From: an uncultured Gemmatimonadales bacterium
GTDB taxonomy: Bacteria; Gemmatimonadota; Gemmatimonadetes; Longimicrobiales; Longimicrobiaceae
Length of the DNA: 64,000 bases
Assembly: GCA_963716255.1 (NCBI GenBank)
Contig: OY970303.1
Coordinates: 5,536,001-5,600,000, forward strand
Direction: 5' to 3'
Shown here: piece after piece, positions 31,716-41,242 of the stretch
Layout of the letters: each line of letters begins with the position of its first letter
Position numbering within the stretch: position 1 is the first letter of the stretch
The notes under the pieces: model-generated
What the model saw: the letters and a program-made list of their open reading frames with translations, nothing else
The model's database searches: none
Told to the model about the DNA's origin: nothing
Translations under genes and position numbers: made by a program

Positions 31716-33019
31716 GGCCGCCGCACCCCTCCGGCGCCCCCGCGGCGCTGTACCTGTCGTACGACGGGATGACCGACCCGCTCGGCCAGTCGCAGGTCAT
31801 CCCCTACCTGGTGGGGCTGGCGCGGGAAGGCTACCGCATCCACCTGGTGAGCTTCGAGAAGCCCGAGCGCTTCGCCGCCGGCCGGGCGCGCATCGCCGCC
31901 CTGCTGGCCGCCGCGGGGATCGAGTGGCACCCGCTCCCCTACACCCGCCGCCCGCCGGTGCTTTCCACCGTGCGGGACGTCGTCCGCATGCGCCGCCTGG
32001 TCGAGCGGCTGCACGCGCGCCACCGCTTCGAGCTGGTGCACTGCCGCAGCTACGTCGCCGCGCTGGCGGGGCTCGCGCTCAAGGAGCGGCACGGCGTGAA
32101 GCTCGTCTTCGACATGCGGGGCTTCTGGCCCGACGAGCGGGTGGACGGCGGCACCTGGAACCTGGCGAACCCGCTCTTCCGGGCCGTATACCGCTACTTC
32201 AAGGGGATGGAGAAGCGCTTCGTGTCCGCCGCCGACGGCATCGTCGTGCTCACCGAGGCCGCCCGCGACGAGATGCGGGGGTGGGACGCCTTCCGCGCCT
32301 CGCGGCCGCCCACCCGCGTGATCCCGTGCAGCGTGGACCTGGAGCTGTTCCGCGTCCCCGGCGCCGGCGAGAAGGAGCGCGCCAGGGCGGCGCTGGGGCT
32401 GGCGGGCGCGGGGCCGGTGCTCGCGTACCTGGGCTCGCTGGGGACGTGGTACATGGTGGACGAGATGGCGGACTTCTTCGCCGCGCTGCGCCGCCGCCAC
32501 GCGGGCGCCCGCTTCCTGGTGGTCACCCCCGATTCCGCCGATGGGCTGCTGCGGCGCCTGGAGGCGCAGGGGATCGCCGCCGGCGACGTGACCGTCCGCA
32601 CCGCCACACGCGACGAAGTGCCCGGCCTGCTCGCCGCCGCGGACGTGGGGCTGTCGTTCATCCGCCCGTCGTACTCCAAGCTGGCGAGCTCCCCCACCAA
32701 GCTGGGCGAGTACCTGGCGATGGGGCTCCCGGTGGTCACCAACACCGGCGTGGGCGACGTGGAGCGGATCGTCGAGCGGGTGGACGCGGGGGTCGCCGTC
32801 GCCGATTTCTCGGCCGCGACCTACCAGGGCGTGGTGGACCGCGTCCCCGAGCTCCTGGCCATGGACCCGCAGGGGATCAGGGATCGCGCCTCCAGGGTAT
32901 ACGACCTGCGCCTGGCGGTCGAGCAGTACGCCGGGATGTACCGGAGCGTGCTCGGCGCCCGTGCGCCGGCGGCGTCCGCGCCGCGCCGGCCGGCAGATTC
33001 TCCATCGCGAGCGACGTGA
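31712..33019 (+). CDS. Glycosyltransferase family 4
   Basis: YDGMTDPLGQSQVIPYL, VHCRSY, FDMRGFW.DE, SPTKLGEYLAMGLPVV. Confidence 0.85.
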   Translation: MRPPHPSGAPAALYLSYDGMTDPLGQSQVIPYLVGLAREGYRIHLVSFEKPERFAAGRARIAALLAAAGIEWHPLPYTRRPPVLSTVRDVVRMRRLVERLHARHRFELVHCRSYVAALAGLALKERHGVKLVFDMRGFWPDERVDGGTWNLANPLFRAVYRYFKGMEKRFVSAADGIVVLTEAARDEMRGWDAFRASRPPTRVIPCSVDLELFRVPGAGEKERARAALGLAGAGPVLAYLGSLGTWYMVDEMADFFAALRRRHAGARFLVVTPDSADGLLRRLEAQGIAAGDVTVRTATRDEVPGLLAAADVGLSFIRPSYSKLASSPTKLGEYLAMGLPVVTNTGVGDVERIVERVDAGVAVADFSAATYQGVVDRVPELLAMDPQGIRDRASRVYDLRLAVEQYAGMYRSVLGARAPAASAPRRPADSPSRAT

Positions 33020-34113
33020 AGATCCTCTTTCTGACCAACGGGCTCATCGAGCCCGCTTCCCGCTTCCGGGTGATGCAGTTCTTCCCGCACTTCCGGAGGG
33101 CGGGGATCGAGTGCACCAACCGCAGCGCGTACGGGGCCCAGTACAACCGGCTCGCCAACCGCAGGATCGGGCCCGCGTACAAGCTGGCCTGCCGCCTGTC
33201 GCGCGCCGCGTACACGCTCTTCCCGGACGCCTACGACCTGGTGTTCCTGCAGCGGACCGCGCTCCCCGGGAGCGCGCTCCCGGAGCGGATCGCCGCGCTG
33301 CGCCACGGCCGCGTCGTCTTCGACTTCGACGACTCCATCTTCCTCGGCCCCGACACCCTGGAGAGCCCGGTCCGGCGGCGGGCCTTCCGCCAGGCGATCC
33401 GCGCCAGCCGGCACGTCATCGCCGGCAACCACTACCTCGCGGAGCAGGCCGCCGCCCCGGAAAAGACCACCGTCATCCCCACGGTGGTGGATACCGACGT
33501 GTACACGCCCGCCCCGGAGCGCCGCGCCGGGGACCGCGTCGTCATCGGCTGGATCGGCACCTCCACCAACTTCGTGTTCCTGCCGCAGGTGGTCCCGGCG
33601 ATCCTCCGCATCCTGGACGAGAACCCGCGGACGGTCTTCCGGCTGGTGTCCAACGCCCGCTACGCCGAGCTGGACGGGCATCCCCAGGTGGAGCAGATCC
33701 CCTGGTCGGCCGAGACGGAGATCCCGCTGCTGCAGTCGTTCGACGTGGGGATCATGCCGCTGTACGATTCGGAGGCGGCGCGGGGCAAGTGCGGCTTCAA
33801 GATGATCCAGTACATGGCCGTGGGATGCCCCGTGCTGGCGTCCGACGTCGGCGCCAACCCCGCGATCCTGGGGGGGAGCGGCGCGGGCGAGCTGGTGGGC
33901 GGCCCCGAGGGCTGGTACCCCCCGCTCCGGGCCCTGGTCGAGAGCGCGGAGCTGCGGCGGCGGATGGGGGAGGCGGCCCGCCGGCACGTGGTGCGCAGCT
34001 ACTCCGCCCTGGGCGTGCTCGGCGTGTACCTGCGCCTGTTCGAGGAGGTGGCCGGGATGGCCGTGGACCGCAGCGGGGTGCGGGAGGCGCTCCCCGTGCC
34101 GTCGCACCCGTGA
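33016..34113 (+). CDS. Glycosyltransferase family 4
   Basis: ASRFRV.Q, FDFDD.IF, IPTVVD, IGWIG, DVGIMPL, GKCGFKMIQYMAVG.PV.AS.VG.N. Confidence 0.87.
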   Translation: MKILFLTNGLIEPASRFRVMQFFPHFRRAGIECTNRSAYGAQYNRLANRRIGPAYKLACRLSRAAYTLFPDAYDLVFLQRTALPGSALPERIAALRHGRVVFDFDDSIFLGPDTLESPVRRRAFRQAIRASRHVIAGNHYLAEQAAAPEKTTVIPTVVDTDVYTPAPERRAGDRVVIGWIGTSTNFVFLPQVVPAILRILDENPRTVFRLVSNARYAELDGHPQVEQIPWSAETEIPLLQSFDVGIMPLYDSEAARGKCGFKMIQYMAVGCPVLASDVGANPAILGGSGAGELVGGPEGWYPPLRALVESAELRRRMGEAARRHVVRSYSALGVLGVYLRLFEEVAGMAVDRSGVREALPVPSHP

Positions 34114-35042
34114 CCGGGGCGCGGGGCACCTCCCCCTCCGCGTCGGCCGGGGGGGCGCCGGTGACGCGCCGCCTGGACTACGGCGCGTTCTGCATCTCCA
34201 TCGACCTGGAGCTCGCCTGGGGGATCTGGGACCAGCCGGATCCCGGCTACCTGGAGCGGTGTCTCCGGCTGGAGCACGAGATCGTGGACCGGCTGCTCGA
34301 CCTGTTCGGCCGCTACCGCGTGTCGGCGACGTGGGCCGTGGTCGGGCGGCTGCTGGAGCGGGGCGGGGCGGCCGCGGGTCCCGACGAGCGCCTCTGGTAC
34401 GCGCCGGAGATCATCCAGCGGATCCGGGACGCGGCCCCCGAGCAGGAGATCGGCTCCCACAGCTTCGAGCACATCTACTTCGGACAGGTCCCCCGCGGCG
34501 CCGCCTCCGCCGACGCGGCCTCCGCCCGGCGCGTGCACGCCGAGCACGGGCTGGAGTTCACCTCGTTCGTCTACCCCCGCAACGACGTCGCGCACCTGGA
34601 CGCCCTCCGGGACGCCGGGATCCGGGTGTTCCGGGGGGCGGACGAGGGATTCCTCGTCGGGCTCCGGCAGCGCTTCCCCGGGCAGCTCGGGCGCGCGGCC
34701 CACCTGCTGGAGATGACGCTCCCCCTCGCCCCGCCGGTGGTGCATCCCCGGGTGCACGCCAACGGGCTCGTGGAGCTTCCCGGCTCCATGCTGCTCGTCC
34801 AGCGCAGGGGCCTGCGCCGCCTCGTGGCCACGGAAGTGGTGGAGGCCAAGGCCAGGCTCGGCCTCCGCGCGGCCGCGGCACGGCACGGCATCTTTCACTT
34901 CTGGTTCCATCCGTCTAATTTCTACTACCAGACGGATTCGCAGTTCGCCGTCCTGGAGCGGGTGCTGGCGTACGCCGATCGCATGCGGGAGCGCGGCGAG
35001 ATCCAGGTTCTGCCCATGAAGCACTTCGCCCGGATCACGTGA
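34110..35042 (+). CDS. Polysaccharide deacetylase family protein
   Basis: ISIDLELAWG, ATWAVVG, EIGSHSFEH, SFVYPRN, FHFWFHP.N; start may be GTG 34161. Confidence 0.8.
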   Translation: MTGARGTSPSASAGGAPVTRRLDYGAFCISIDLELAWGIWDQPDPGYLERCLRLEHEIVDRLLDLFGRYRVSATWAVVGRLLERGGAAAGPDERLWYAPEIIQRIRDAAPEQEIGSHSFEHIYFGQVPRGAASADAASARRVHAEHGLEFTSFVYPRNDVAHLDALRDAGIRVFRGADEGFLVGLRQRFPGQLGRAAHLLEMTLPLAPPVVHPRVHANGLVELPGSMLLVQRRGLRRLVATEVVEAKARLGLRAAAARHGIFHFWFHPSNFYYQTDSQFAVLERVLAYADRMRERGEIQVLPMKHFARIT

Positions 35043-35067
35043 CCTCCCCGACGACCAGAGCGACGCG

Positions 35068-36141
35068 ATGAGTGGAAGCCTCCCCTTCCGGGCCATGCAG
35101 GCCACGGAAAGCGACCTCGTCGCGTTCCGGGACGCGTTCCAGGCCAACGGCTTCCCCCGCCCCCTGGAGCAGCTGCGCTGGCAGTACCTGGACCACCCCG
35201 GCGAGCGATTGCTCGTCGACTTCGCCGTGGACCCGCGGGACGACGGCGAGCGGGTCGCCGGGATCTACGCCGCCCTCCCGTTCCTGATGGACGCCGGCGG
35301 CGAGGCGAGGGTGGGCGGGCAGGCGCTGGACGTGCTGACGGACTCCGGGTACCGCGGCCGCGGGCTGTTCACCGGGCTCGCGAGGTCGCTGTACGCCCGC
35401 TGCGGCGAGAGCGGGCTCGCGCTCATCTACGGGTTTCCCAACGCCAACACGGCCAACGGGTACTGGACCCGGCTGGACTGGACCCGTCTGGACCCGGTCC
35501 CGTTCCTCATCAAGCCGCTGCGGAGCCGCTACCTGCTCCAGCGCATCCCGGGGGTGCGCTCTCTGGCGGGCCTCGTCCCCGACCTCCCGCTTCCCCGGCC
35601 CGGCGCCCCGGCCCTCCCGGCGGGGTGGCAGCTGCGGCCCGTGGAGGCGTTCGACGACCGCTTCGACGGCCTGTGGGAAGCGTTCGCGCGGGGCGTGGGG
35701 ATCGCCGTCCGGCGCGACCGCCGCTACCTGGCGTGGCGGTACGGGAGCAAGCCGCTGGAAGAGTACCGGACGCACGGGCTCTTCCAGGGAGAGCGGCTGC
35801 TGGGGTTCGCCACGTACTGCGTGAAGCCCAAGCACGGCGGGGTGGTGGGCTACCTGATGGAGCTCATCCCCCACCCGGACTTCCCGGAGGCGGGGGAGAT
35901 CCTCGCCCGCGCGGCGGTTCGGGACGTCGCCGCGCGCGGGGCGGACGTGATCCTCGCCTGGAACTTCGAGCACTCCCCCACCCACGCCGCGCACCGCGCC
36001 GCGGGGTTCTTTCCGTTCCCGGAGTGGGCGCGCCCCATCGAGCTCCACTTCGGGGCGCTCGCGCTGGACCCCGCGGTCCGGCCCCTGGTCACCGAGCGGC
36101 GCAGCTGGTACATCAGCTACTCGGATTCGGATACCGTCTGA
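35068..36141 (+). CDS. GNAT family N-acyltransferase
   Basis: LRWQY..P, D..T...YRGRGLF..L acetyl-CoA-binding motif, YGFPN, C-terminal DSD. Confidence 0.75.
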   Translation: MSGSLPFRAMQATESDLVAFRDAFQANGFPRPLEQLRWQYLDHPGERLLVDFAVDPRDDGERVAGIYAALPFLMDAGGEARVGGQALDVLTDSGYRGRGLFTGLARSLYARCGESGLALIYGFPNANTANGYWTRLDWTRLDPVPFLIKPLRSRYLLQRIPGVRSLAGLVPDLPLPRPGAPALPAGWQLRPVEAFDDRFDGLWEAFARGVGIAVRRDRRYLAWRYGSKPLEEYRTHGLFQGERLLGFATYCVKPKHGGVVGYLMELIPHPDFPEAGEILARAAVRDVAARGADVILAWNFEHSPTHAAHRAAGFFPFPEWARPIELHFGALALDPAVRPLVTERRSWYISYSDSDTV

Positions 36142-36163
36142 TTCGCCCGGGAGCTGCGGCAGG

Positions 36164-37498
36164 ATGCAAAGGGTCGACGTGCGAAGCGAGCAGAGCGCCG
36201 TCCCGGCACGAGCCGGGGCGGCGCTTCCGTGGCTGGCCCCGGCGCTGGGCGCGCTGGCCGGGCTGGCGGTGCCGGGATTCCTCGCGCTCGTCGTCCTGCT
36301 CGGGAAGAACATTCCCCAGCCGGCGATGGGCGCGGACTACCTGGCGGGGCTGCTCTGGGCGGGGGCGCTGGGGCTGGGCATCCTGCTCTGGCCGGTCCCC
36401 GCCCGCGACCGGCGCGCGCTGCTGGTCCTGTGGGGCGCCAAGTGCTTCGTGACGCTCGGGTTCATGCTCCTCTACGAGTATACCTACGGCCTGGACTCGT
36501 ACCTGTACTTCGAGGAGTCCACCAACCCGGTGCGTCCCTCGGCGGCCGTCAACCCGGCGCTGGGGGGCGGGGGGACGGAGCTCATCGCGGTCCTGTCCTG
36601 GTACCACAACCGCGTCCTCCCGGATTCGTACCACGCCCTCAAGGTCAGCTACTCCATGCTGGGCCTGGTCGCGGTGTACCTGTTCTACCGCGCCGCCGGC
36701 CTGGTCCGGCCCTTCCGCACGCCGCGCCTGCTGTACTTCGTGGGGCTCTTCCCCTCGGTCCTGTTCTGGTCGTCCGTGCTCGGCAAGGACCCGCTCGTCC
36801 TCCTGGGAATCTCCCTGTACGCCCTGGGGGCGGTGGGGCTCATGCAGCGCAAGCGGCCCGGGTACGCGGTGCCGCTCGTGGCGGGAATCTTCATCGCCGC
36901 GGCGGTGCGGACGTGGCTCGGGCTGATCCTGCTCGTCCCGCTGGTCTGGCTCGGCGCGAGCGAAGTCCGGGGTGTGTTCAGGAAAGCCGCGTTCCTCCTG
37001 GTCGTGGCGCTCGCCATGGTCGTGGCCACCGACCGGTTCAAGGAGCGGCTGGCGATCCGCGCGTGGCAGGACGTCTACAACGTCACGGAGACCCTGGCCG
37101 AAGGCTGGGAGGGCGGGTCCTCCACGCAGGTGGAGGTCGAGTTCAACAGCGTCGGCAGCATGCTCGCGTATCTCCCCACGGGATCGTTCCGGGCGCTCTT
37201 CCGGCCGCTTCCCGGCGAGGTGATGAACCCGTTCGGGATCCTCGCCGGCCTGGAGAACCTGTTCCTGCTCGGCCTCGTCGGCCTGGCGCTCGTGAACGCC
37301 CGCCTGGCGCGGTTCCGGGAGCCGCTGGTGCAGTGGGCGATCCTGCTGGTGGTGGTGTGGGCGGGGGTGTACGGGTTCGTGTCGTCCAACCTGGGGGCGG
37401 CGGTCCGCTTCAAGCTCCAGGTGCTTCCGCTCATGCTGATTCTCCTTTTGCACCTGGCTTCCAGGCGGCGCGTGGAGTCTGTTGAACGGGCAGTTTGA
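36164..37498 (+). CDS. Polytopic membrane protein, putative Wzy polymerase
   Basis: About 11 TM segments, PS.LFWSS...KD, LFRP.P.E, N.G...RFK motifs; only such candidate in a Wzx-containing locus. Confidence 0.55.
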   Translation: MQRVDVRSEQSAVPARAGAALPWLAPALGALAGLAVPGFLALVVLLGKNIPQPAMGADYLAGLLWAGALGLGILLWPVPARDRRALLVLWGAKCFVTLGFMLLYEYTYGLDSYLYFEESTNPVRPSAAVNPALGGGGTELIAVLSWYHNRVLPDSYHALKVSYSMLGLVAVYLFYRAAGLVRPFRTPRLLYFVGLFPSVLFWSSVLGKDPLVLLGISLYALGAVGLMQRKRPGYAVPLVAGIFIAAAVRTWLGLILLVPLVWLGASEVRGVFRKAAFLLVVALAMVVATDRFKERLAIRAWQDVYNVTETLAEGWEGGSSTQVEVEFNSVGSMLAYLPTGSFRALFRPLPGEVMNPFGILAGLENLFLLGLVGLALVNARLARFREPLVQWAILLVVVWAGVYGFVSSNLGAAVRFKLQVLPLMLILLLHLASRRRVESVERAV

Positions 37499-37504
37499 AG
37501 GGCA

Positions 37505-37670
37505 GGGTTCGGGCGTGCCCCCGGCTGGCGCCGGGGTCGGGCTTCGGCTCCGTAACGCAGCAAACAACGCTGCGTAACGGAGTCGAGCCCCGCGAAACTG
37601 CCCGCGGGTCTCGCCCCTTCGGGCCGAAATCCCTCACGCGGGCATCGCGCTGGCGTCGGCGGGAGCCCCC
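37505..37670 (+). repeat. Structured intergenic repeat family A, copy 3
   Basis: Core identical to copy 2 except the central stem ACGCAGC-AAACAAC-GCTGCGT. Confidence 0.95.
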
Positions 37671-37680
37671 TCCCCCCGGC

Positions 37681-37971
37681 CCCCTCCCCCAATTCTGGGG
37701 GAGGGGGAGAACTGCCGGGCCGTTGCCGTTGCGATCTGTGCCGGGAGGTCGGGGGAGGGTCCGCAGGCGGTGCGTTTGTTCGAAGCCAGCGTGATCCTGC
37801 CCCTCACCCGGGCGGTGGGCGAGTGCTCTTGCGAGTCCCTTCGGGTGTCGCACTGCCGGAGGAGCCTCCCCCGGCCGACCCCATACCCCGACCCCGGCCG
37901 AAGCACGGCGTTGTTGCCCCCTCTCCCAGAATTGGGAGAGGGTGGCGAGCCTCAAGCGAGCCGGGTGAGGG
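37681..37971. repeat. Mosaic of REP-like family B units and linker segments
   Basis: CCCCTCCCCCAATTCTGGGGGAGGGG (37681); GCCGTTGCGATCTGTGCCGGGAGGTCGGG (cf. 4760); GAGCCTCCCCCGGCCGACCCC (cf. 4790); inverted family B unit at 37917-37971. Confidence 0.8.
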
Positions 37972-37976
37972 CCCGC

Positions 37977-38025
37977 AAAAAGATCGCCCCCACCGCGGCC
38001 GTCGCGGTGGGGGCGATCTTCGTTT
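37977..38025. terminator. Bidirectional intrinsic terminator between convergent operons
   Basis: AAGATCGCCCCCACCGCG / CGCGGTGGGGGCGATCTT 18-bp stem, with an A-run on the left and a T-rich tail on the right. Confidence 0.75.
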
Positions 38026-38057
38026 CCTCCGCGCCGGCCAGCCGCGGCCGGCCGGGG

Positions 38058-39233
38058 CTAGGCGACGCCGGTGCTCCGCCGCGCCGGCTTGCGGGAGCGC
38101 TCCGCCTTGAGCTCGTTCCAGGCCACCAGCAGCTCCGCGGTCTCCGGGCGGAGGCGGGCGTAGTGGACCAGGGCGCGGACCAGCGCGATCAGCAGTCCCA
38201 GGGCCAGGCCGGCGAGCGCCGCCACCGCCAGGATCACGGGCGTGCTGGTCCCCGAGGGCGCCTGGGGGACCAGCGCCGGGTCCAGCACGTTGACCACCGG
38301 CAGGTTGTTGCTCCCCGAGATCTGCGCCTCGGCGAACGACCCCGCCAGGTACCGGTAGATCTGCTCCGCCTCGGTGAACTCGCGCAGGAGGCGCAGCGTG
38401 GACGCCTGCAGGTCCGCGGACTCGCCGAGCGGGACGAAGACGCGGCTGCCGCCGCCGCCCGACGACAGCCGCCGCAGCTGCTCCCGGCGCGCGTTCAGCT
38501 CCGCCACCGCCGCGCGCAGCTCCGGGTTGTCCGGCGTGGAGGTGCGGCGCAGCTGGCCCACCACGATCTCCTGCTCGGTGATCCCGCGCTGCAGCTCCAC
38601 CACGGCCTCCACCGTCCGCGTGGTCTGCTCCTCCACGTTGCCGGCGCCGCGGCTGCGCTGGAACGCCACCATCCTGCGCTCCGCCGCGTCCATGCGCTCC
38701 CGCGCCTGCGCCAGCTGCCCGCGCAGGAACTCCTGCTTCAGCTTCGTGGACTGCAGGCTGATGCGGGAGATCATGTCGTTGATCGCCCCCACGTAGGCGT
38801 TGGCGACGCGGGCCGCCTGCTGCGGGTCGCGGTCCGTCACCTCGATGACGATGGAGCCGTCCAGGTTGTTCTGGTGGTGCCTGCGCGCCGACTTCCCCAC
38901 CCGCGAGGCGATGCTGTCCCCCAGCGTGCGGCTCTCCAGCACCACGCCCACCAGCTTCGCGTTCTGGTTGGACCCGCCCCCCAGCCCGGGGAGCGACATG
39001 GGGAGCTGGGCGGCCAGCGCCTGCGCCCGCGGGTCCGACTGCGACTGCGCCAGGAACAGGACCGTCCGGGCGGTATACGCCGGCGGCTTCAGCGCCGCCG
39101 CCACGCCCGCGGTGAGGACGGCGGCGGCCACCGTGGCCAGGACGATCTTCCAGTCCCGCGCCACCCGCATCGCCAGGAGGGCGGCGCGGGGACGGGTGCC
39201 GTCGCGGGAGGGATCGGGCGAGACGTGGCTCAT
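38058..39233 (-). CDS. Wzz/KpsE-like chain-length determinant (GNVR-type, no kinase domain)
   Basis: N-terminal TM followed by P..YTART, DP.QAARVAN.YV, long coiled coil, VLDPA.VP and C-terminal TM. Confidence 0.8.
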   Translation of the reverse strand: MSHVSPDPSRDGTRPRAALLAMRVARDWKIVLATVAAAVLTAGVAAALKPPAYTARTVLFLAQSQSDPRAQALAAQLPMSLPGLGGGSNQNAKLVGVVLESRTLGDSIASRVGKSARRHHQNNLDGSIVIEVTDRDPQQAARVANAYVGAINDMISRISLQSTKLKQEFLRGQLAQARERMDAAERRMVAFQRSRGAGNVEEQTTRTVEAVVELQRGITEQEIVVGQLRRTSTPDNPELRAAVAELNARREQLRRLSSGGGGSRVFVPLGESADLQASTLRLLREFTEAEQIYRYLAGSFAEAQISGSNNLPVVNVLDPALVPQAPSGTSTPVILAVAALAGLALGLLIALVRALVHYARLRPETAELLVAWNELKAERSRKPARRSTGVA

Positions 39234-39240
39234 GGGCGGG

Positions 39241-40872
39241 CTAGTGGACAAGTTCCCACAGGGCGATGGTGGTGAGGACGAACCCCGTCACCGAGGCGAC
39301 GACCCCCTGGGTGGTCTGCACCGTCTCCAGGAAGGTGCGCCGCTGGCGGTAGGGGACGATGATCTGGTCACCGGCCTCCAGGGCCGATACCTCGCGGGCG
39401 TCCACCCGCGTCCCCAGCTTGGCCTTGAGGACCACCGCGTCGTCGCGGTCCGCGCGGCGGCTGTAGCCTCCCGCCAGCGTCACGTAGTAGTCCACCCCGC
39501 GCCCCGGGGCGTGCCCCACGATTCCCGGCTGCCCCACCGCGCCCAGCACGATCACCCCGCTGGTGCGCCGGGGCACCGACAGGACGTCGCCGGAGCGGAG
39601 CGTCTGGTCGTACGCGCTCACGCCCCCGGAAAAGAGGCTCACGAAGTCCACGACCACGTTGGTCTCGTCGCCCCGCGCGCGGATCTGGGCGATCTGCCTC
39701 TCCTCCTGGCGGAGCAGCTCCGCCGGCACCCCTTCCAGCTCGTCCCGCCGCGCGGTTTCCGTGGCCACCGCCGGGCGCGCCCGGGTGGTCTGCGTGGTGT
39801 CGCGGCTGGGCCGGCGCAGCGTGGCGGTGGTCAGCGACGCCTCGTCCGTGAACCCGCCCGCCATGGCGACCAGCTCGCGCACCGTCGTGGTGTCCGGCCG
39901 GATGGGGTATACCCCGGGGCGCAGCACCTGCCCCTGGATGAGCGCCGATTTCTGCTCCTTGTAGTTGGAGAGCTCGGCCACGTACACCGCGTCGAAGGGC
40001 TGGAGCAGAAAGGCCCGCCCGCGCGCCCCCAGCGCCTCCGCGCGCGAGAAGGTGTGGTATTCCCGCTGCTCCGCCGTCACGAAGCGGCTCAGGCGCACCG
40101 TGTCGGCCGCGTTGGCGGGGAAGCCGGCGGCCCCGTACACGATCCCCAGCAGCTCCGCCAGCGACTCGCCCCGGCGGTACTCGTAGGTCCTGCCGGAGCC
40201 CACCCGCCCGAAGATGTCCACCCGCTCCTCGACGGTGGGCACCACCACCGCGTCGCCCTCGCGGAGGGTCGGGTTCGCGCCCAGGTCTCCCGTCTGCACG
40301 AAGCGCAGCAGGTCCACGCGGAGGCTGTCGCCCGAGGCGCGCCGCAGCAGGATGTTGCGGCGCACGATCCCGTTCCGTTCGGTCCCGGCGACCACCTCGC
40401 TCACCCGCGTCGCCGCGGAGGCGGACCGCACCCCCGGCGTCGGCACGTCGCCCACCACGAACACCTTGAACGAGCGCACCTGCGACAGGGTGAGCGTGAC
40501 CTCGATGTTGCGGTAGTAGCGGTACACCAGGTCGCGGACCCGGTCCTGCGCCTGGTTCAGGTTCATCCCCGCCACCCGCGCCACCCCGATGCTGGGGATC
40601 ACCAGCGACCCCTCGGGGGTGACGGTGAGGGTGCGCAGGAAGCTCACGTCGCCGAACACCGCCACGTCGAGCACGTCTCCCGGGCCCAGCGGGTACTCGG
40701 TCCGGCTGACCGGAGCGTCGAGCAGCGGGGCCGTCGGCGTCTGCGCGGCCGCGCGGGTGGAGTCCGCCCGCGGCTGCGTGGCGGACGGCTGCTGGCCGGA
40801 CGCCGTCCCCGCCGCGGCCCCCAGCAGGAGCAGGGCGGAGAGGGCAGTCGACAGCTTCATCATCGGGTGCAT
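39241..40872 (-). CDS. Multi-SLBB polysaccharide export protein (KpsD/Wza-like)
   Basis: Signal peptide, Y.LGPGD.L.V.VFG, repeated V.G.V..PG and L..GD.V.VP SLBB motifs. Confidence 0.85.
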   Translation of the reverse strand: MHPMMKLSTALSALLLLGAAAGTASGQQPSATQPRADSTRAAAQTPTAPLLDAPVSRTEYPLGPGDVLDVAVFGDVSFLRTLTVTPEGSLVIPSIGVARVAGMNLNQAQDRVRDLVYRYYRNIEVTLTLSQVRSFKVFVVGDVPTPGVRSASAATRVSEVVAGTERNGIVRRNILLRRASGDSLRVDLLRFVQTGDLGANPTLREGDAVVVPTVEERVDIFGRVGSGRTYEYRRGESLAELLGIVYGAAGFPANAADTVRLSRFVTAEQREYHTFSRAEALGARGRAFLLQPFDAVYVAELSNYKEQKSALIQGQVLRPGVYPIRPDTTTVRELVAMAGGFTDEASLTTATLRRPSRDTTQTTRARPAVATETARRDELEGVPAELLRQEERQIAQIRARGDETNVVVDFVSLFSGGVSAYDQTLRSGDVLSVPRRTSGVIVLGAVGQPGIVGHAPGRGVDYYVTLAGGYSRRADRDDAVVLKAKLGTRVDAREVSALEAGDQIIVPYRQRRTFLETVQTTQGVVASVTGFVLTTIALWELVH

Positions 40873-41082
40873 GAACCGCGGTTCGGGGTCGATCGGAGGC
40901 AGAGGCCGACCCGCCGTGGCGAGCCGGGCGCCGCGCGCGCCGCGCCTTCCGCGCAAGGCGGTGCCGGGGCGGAGTTTGCCGGCCCGGCGGCCGCTCCCGG
41001 GACGGAAGCACACAAAATATCCCACTCCGCGGAATCGCGCCACACGCGGCCTTCCGCCGCGGATCGGGGCGCGGGCGCGTCC

Positions 41083-41112
41083 TTGCCGGAAAGTGCTCTC
41101 CGCATTTACTCT
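41083..41112 (+). promoter_or_regulatory. Candidate sigma70 promoter for the second asnB operon
   Basis: TTGCCG-N18-TACTCT in an AT-richer intergenic region. Confidence 0.35.
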
Positions 41113-41242
41113 TATGGCCTTTTCACGGAGGCCGCGCCGCGCCGGACACGCACCCGCGCCGCACGCGGCCGGCCCCGTTTCAGCGAATCACGAGAATGTC
41201 GAAGGCACCCGCGCCCGCCGCCCGCCAGCGGAGCGCTTCCTG

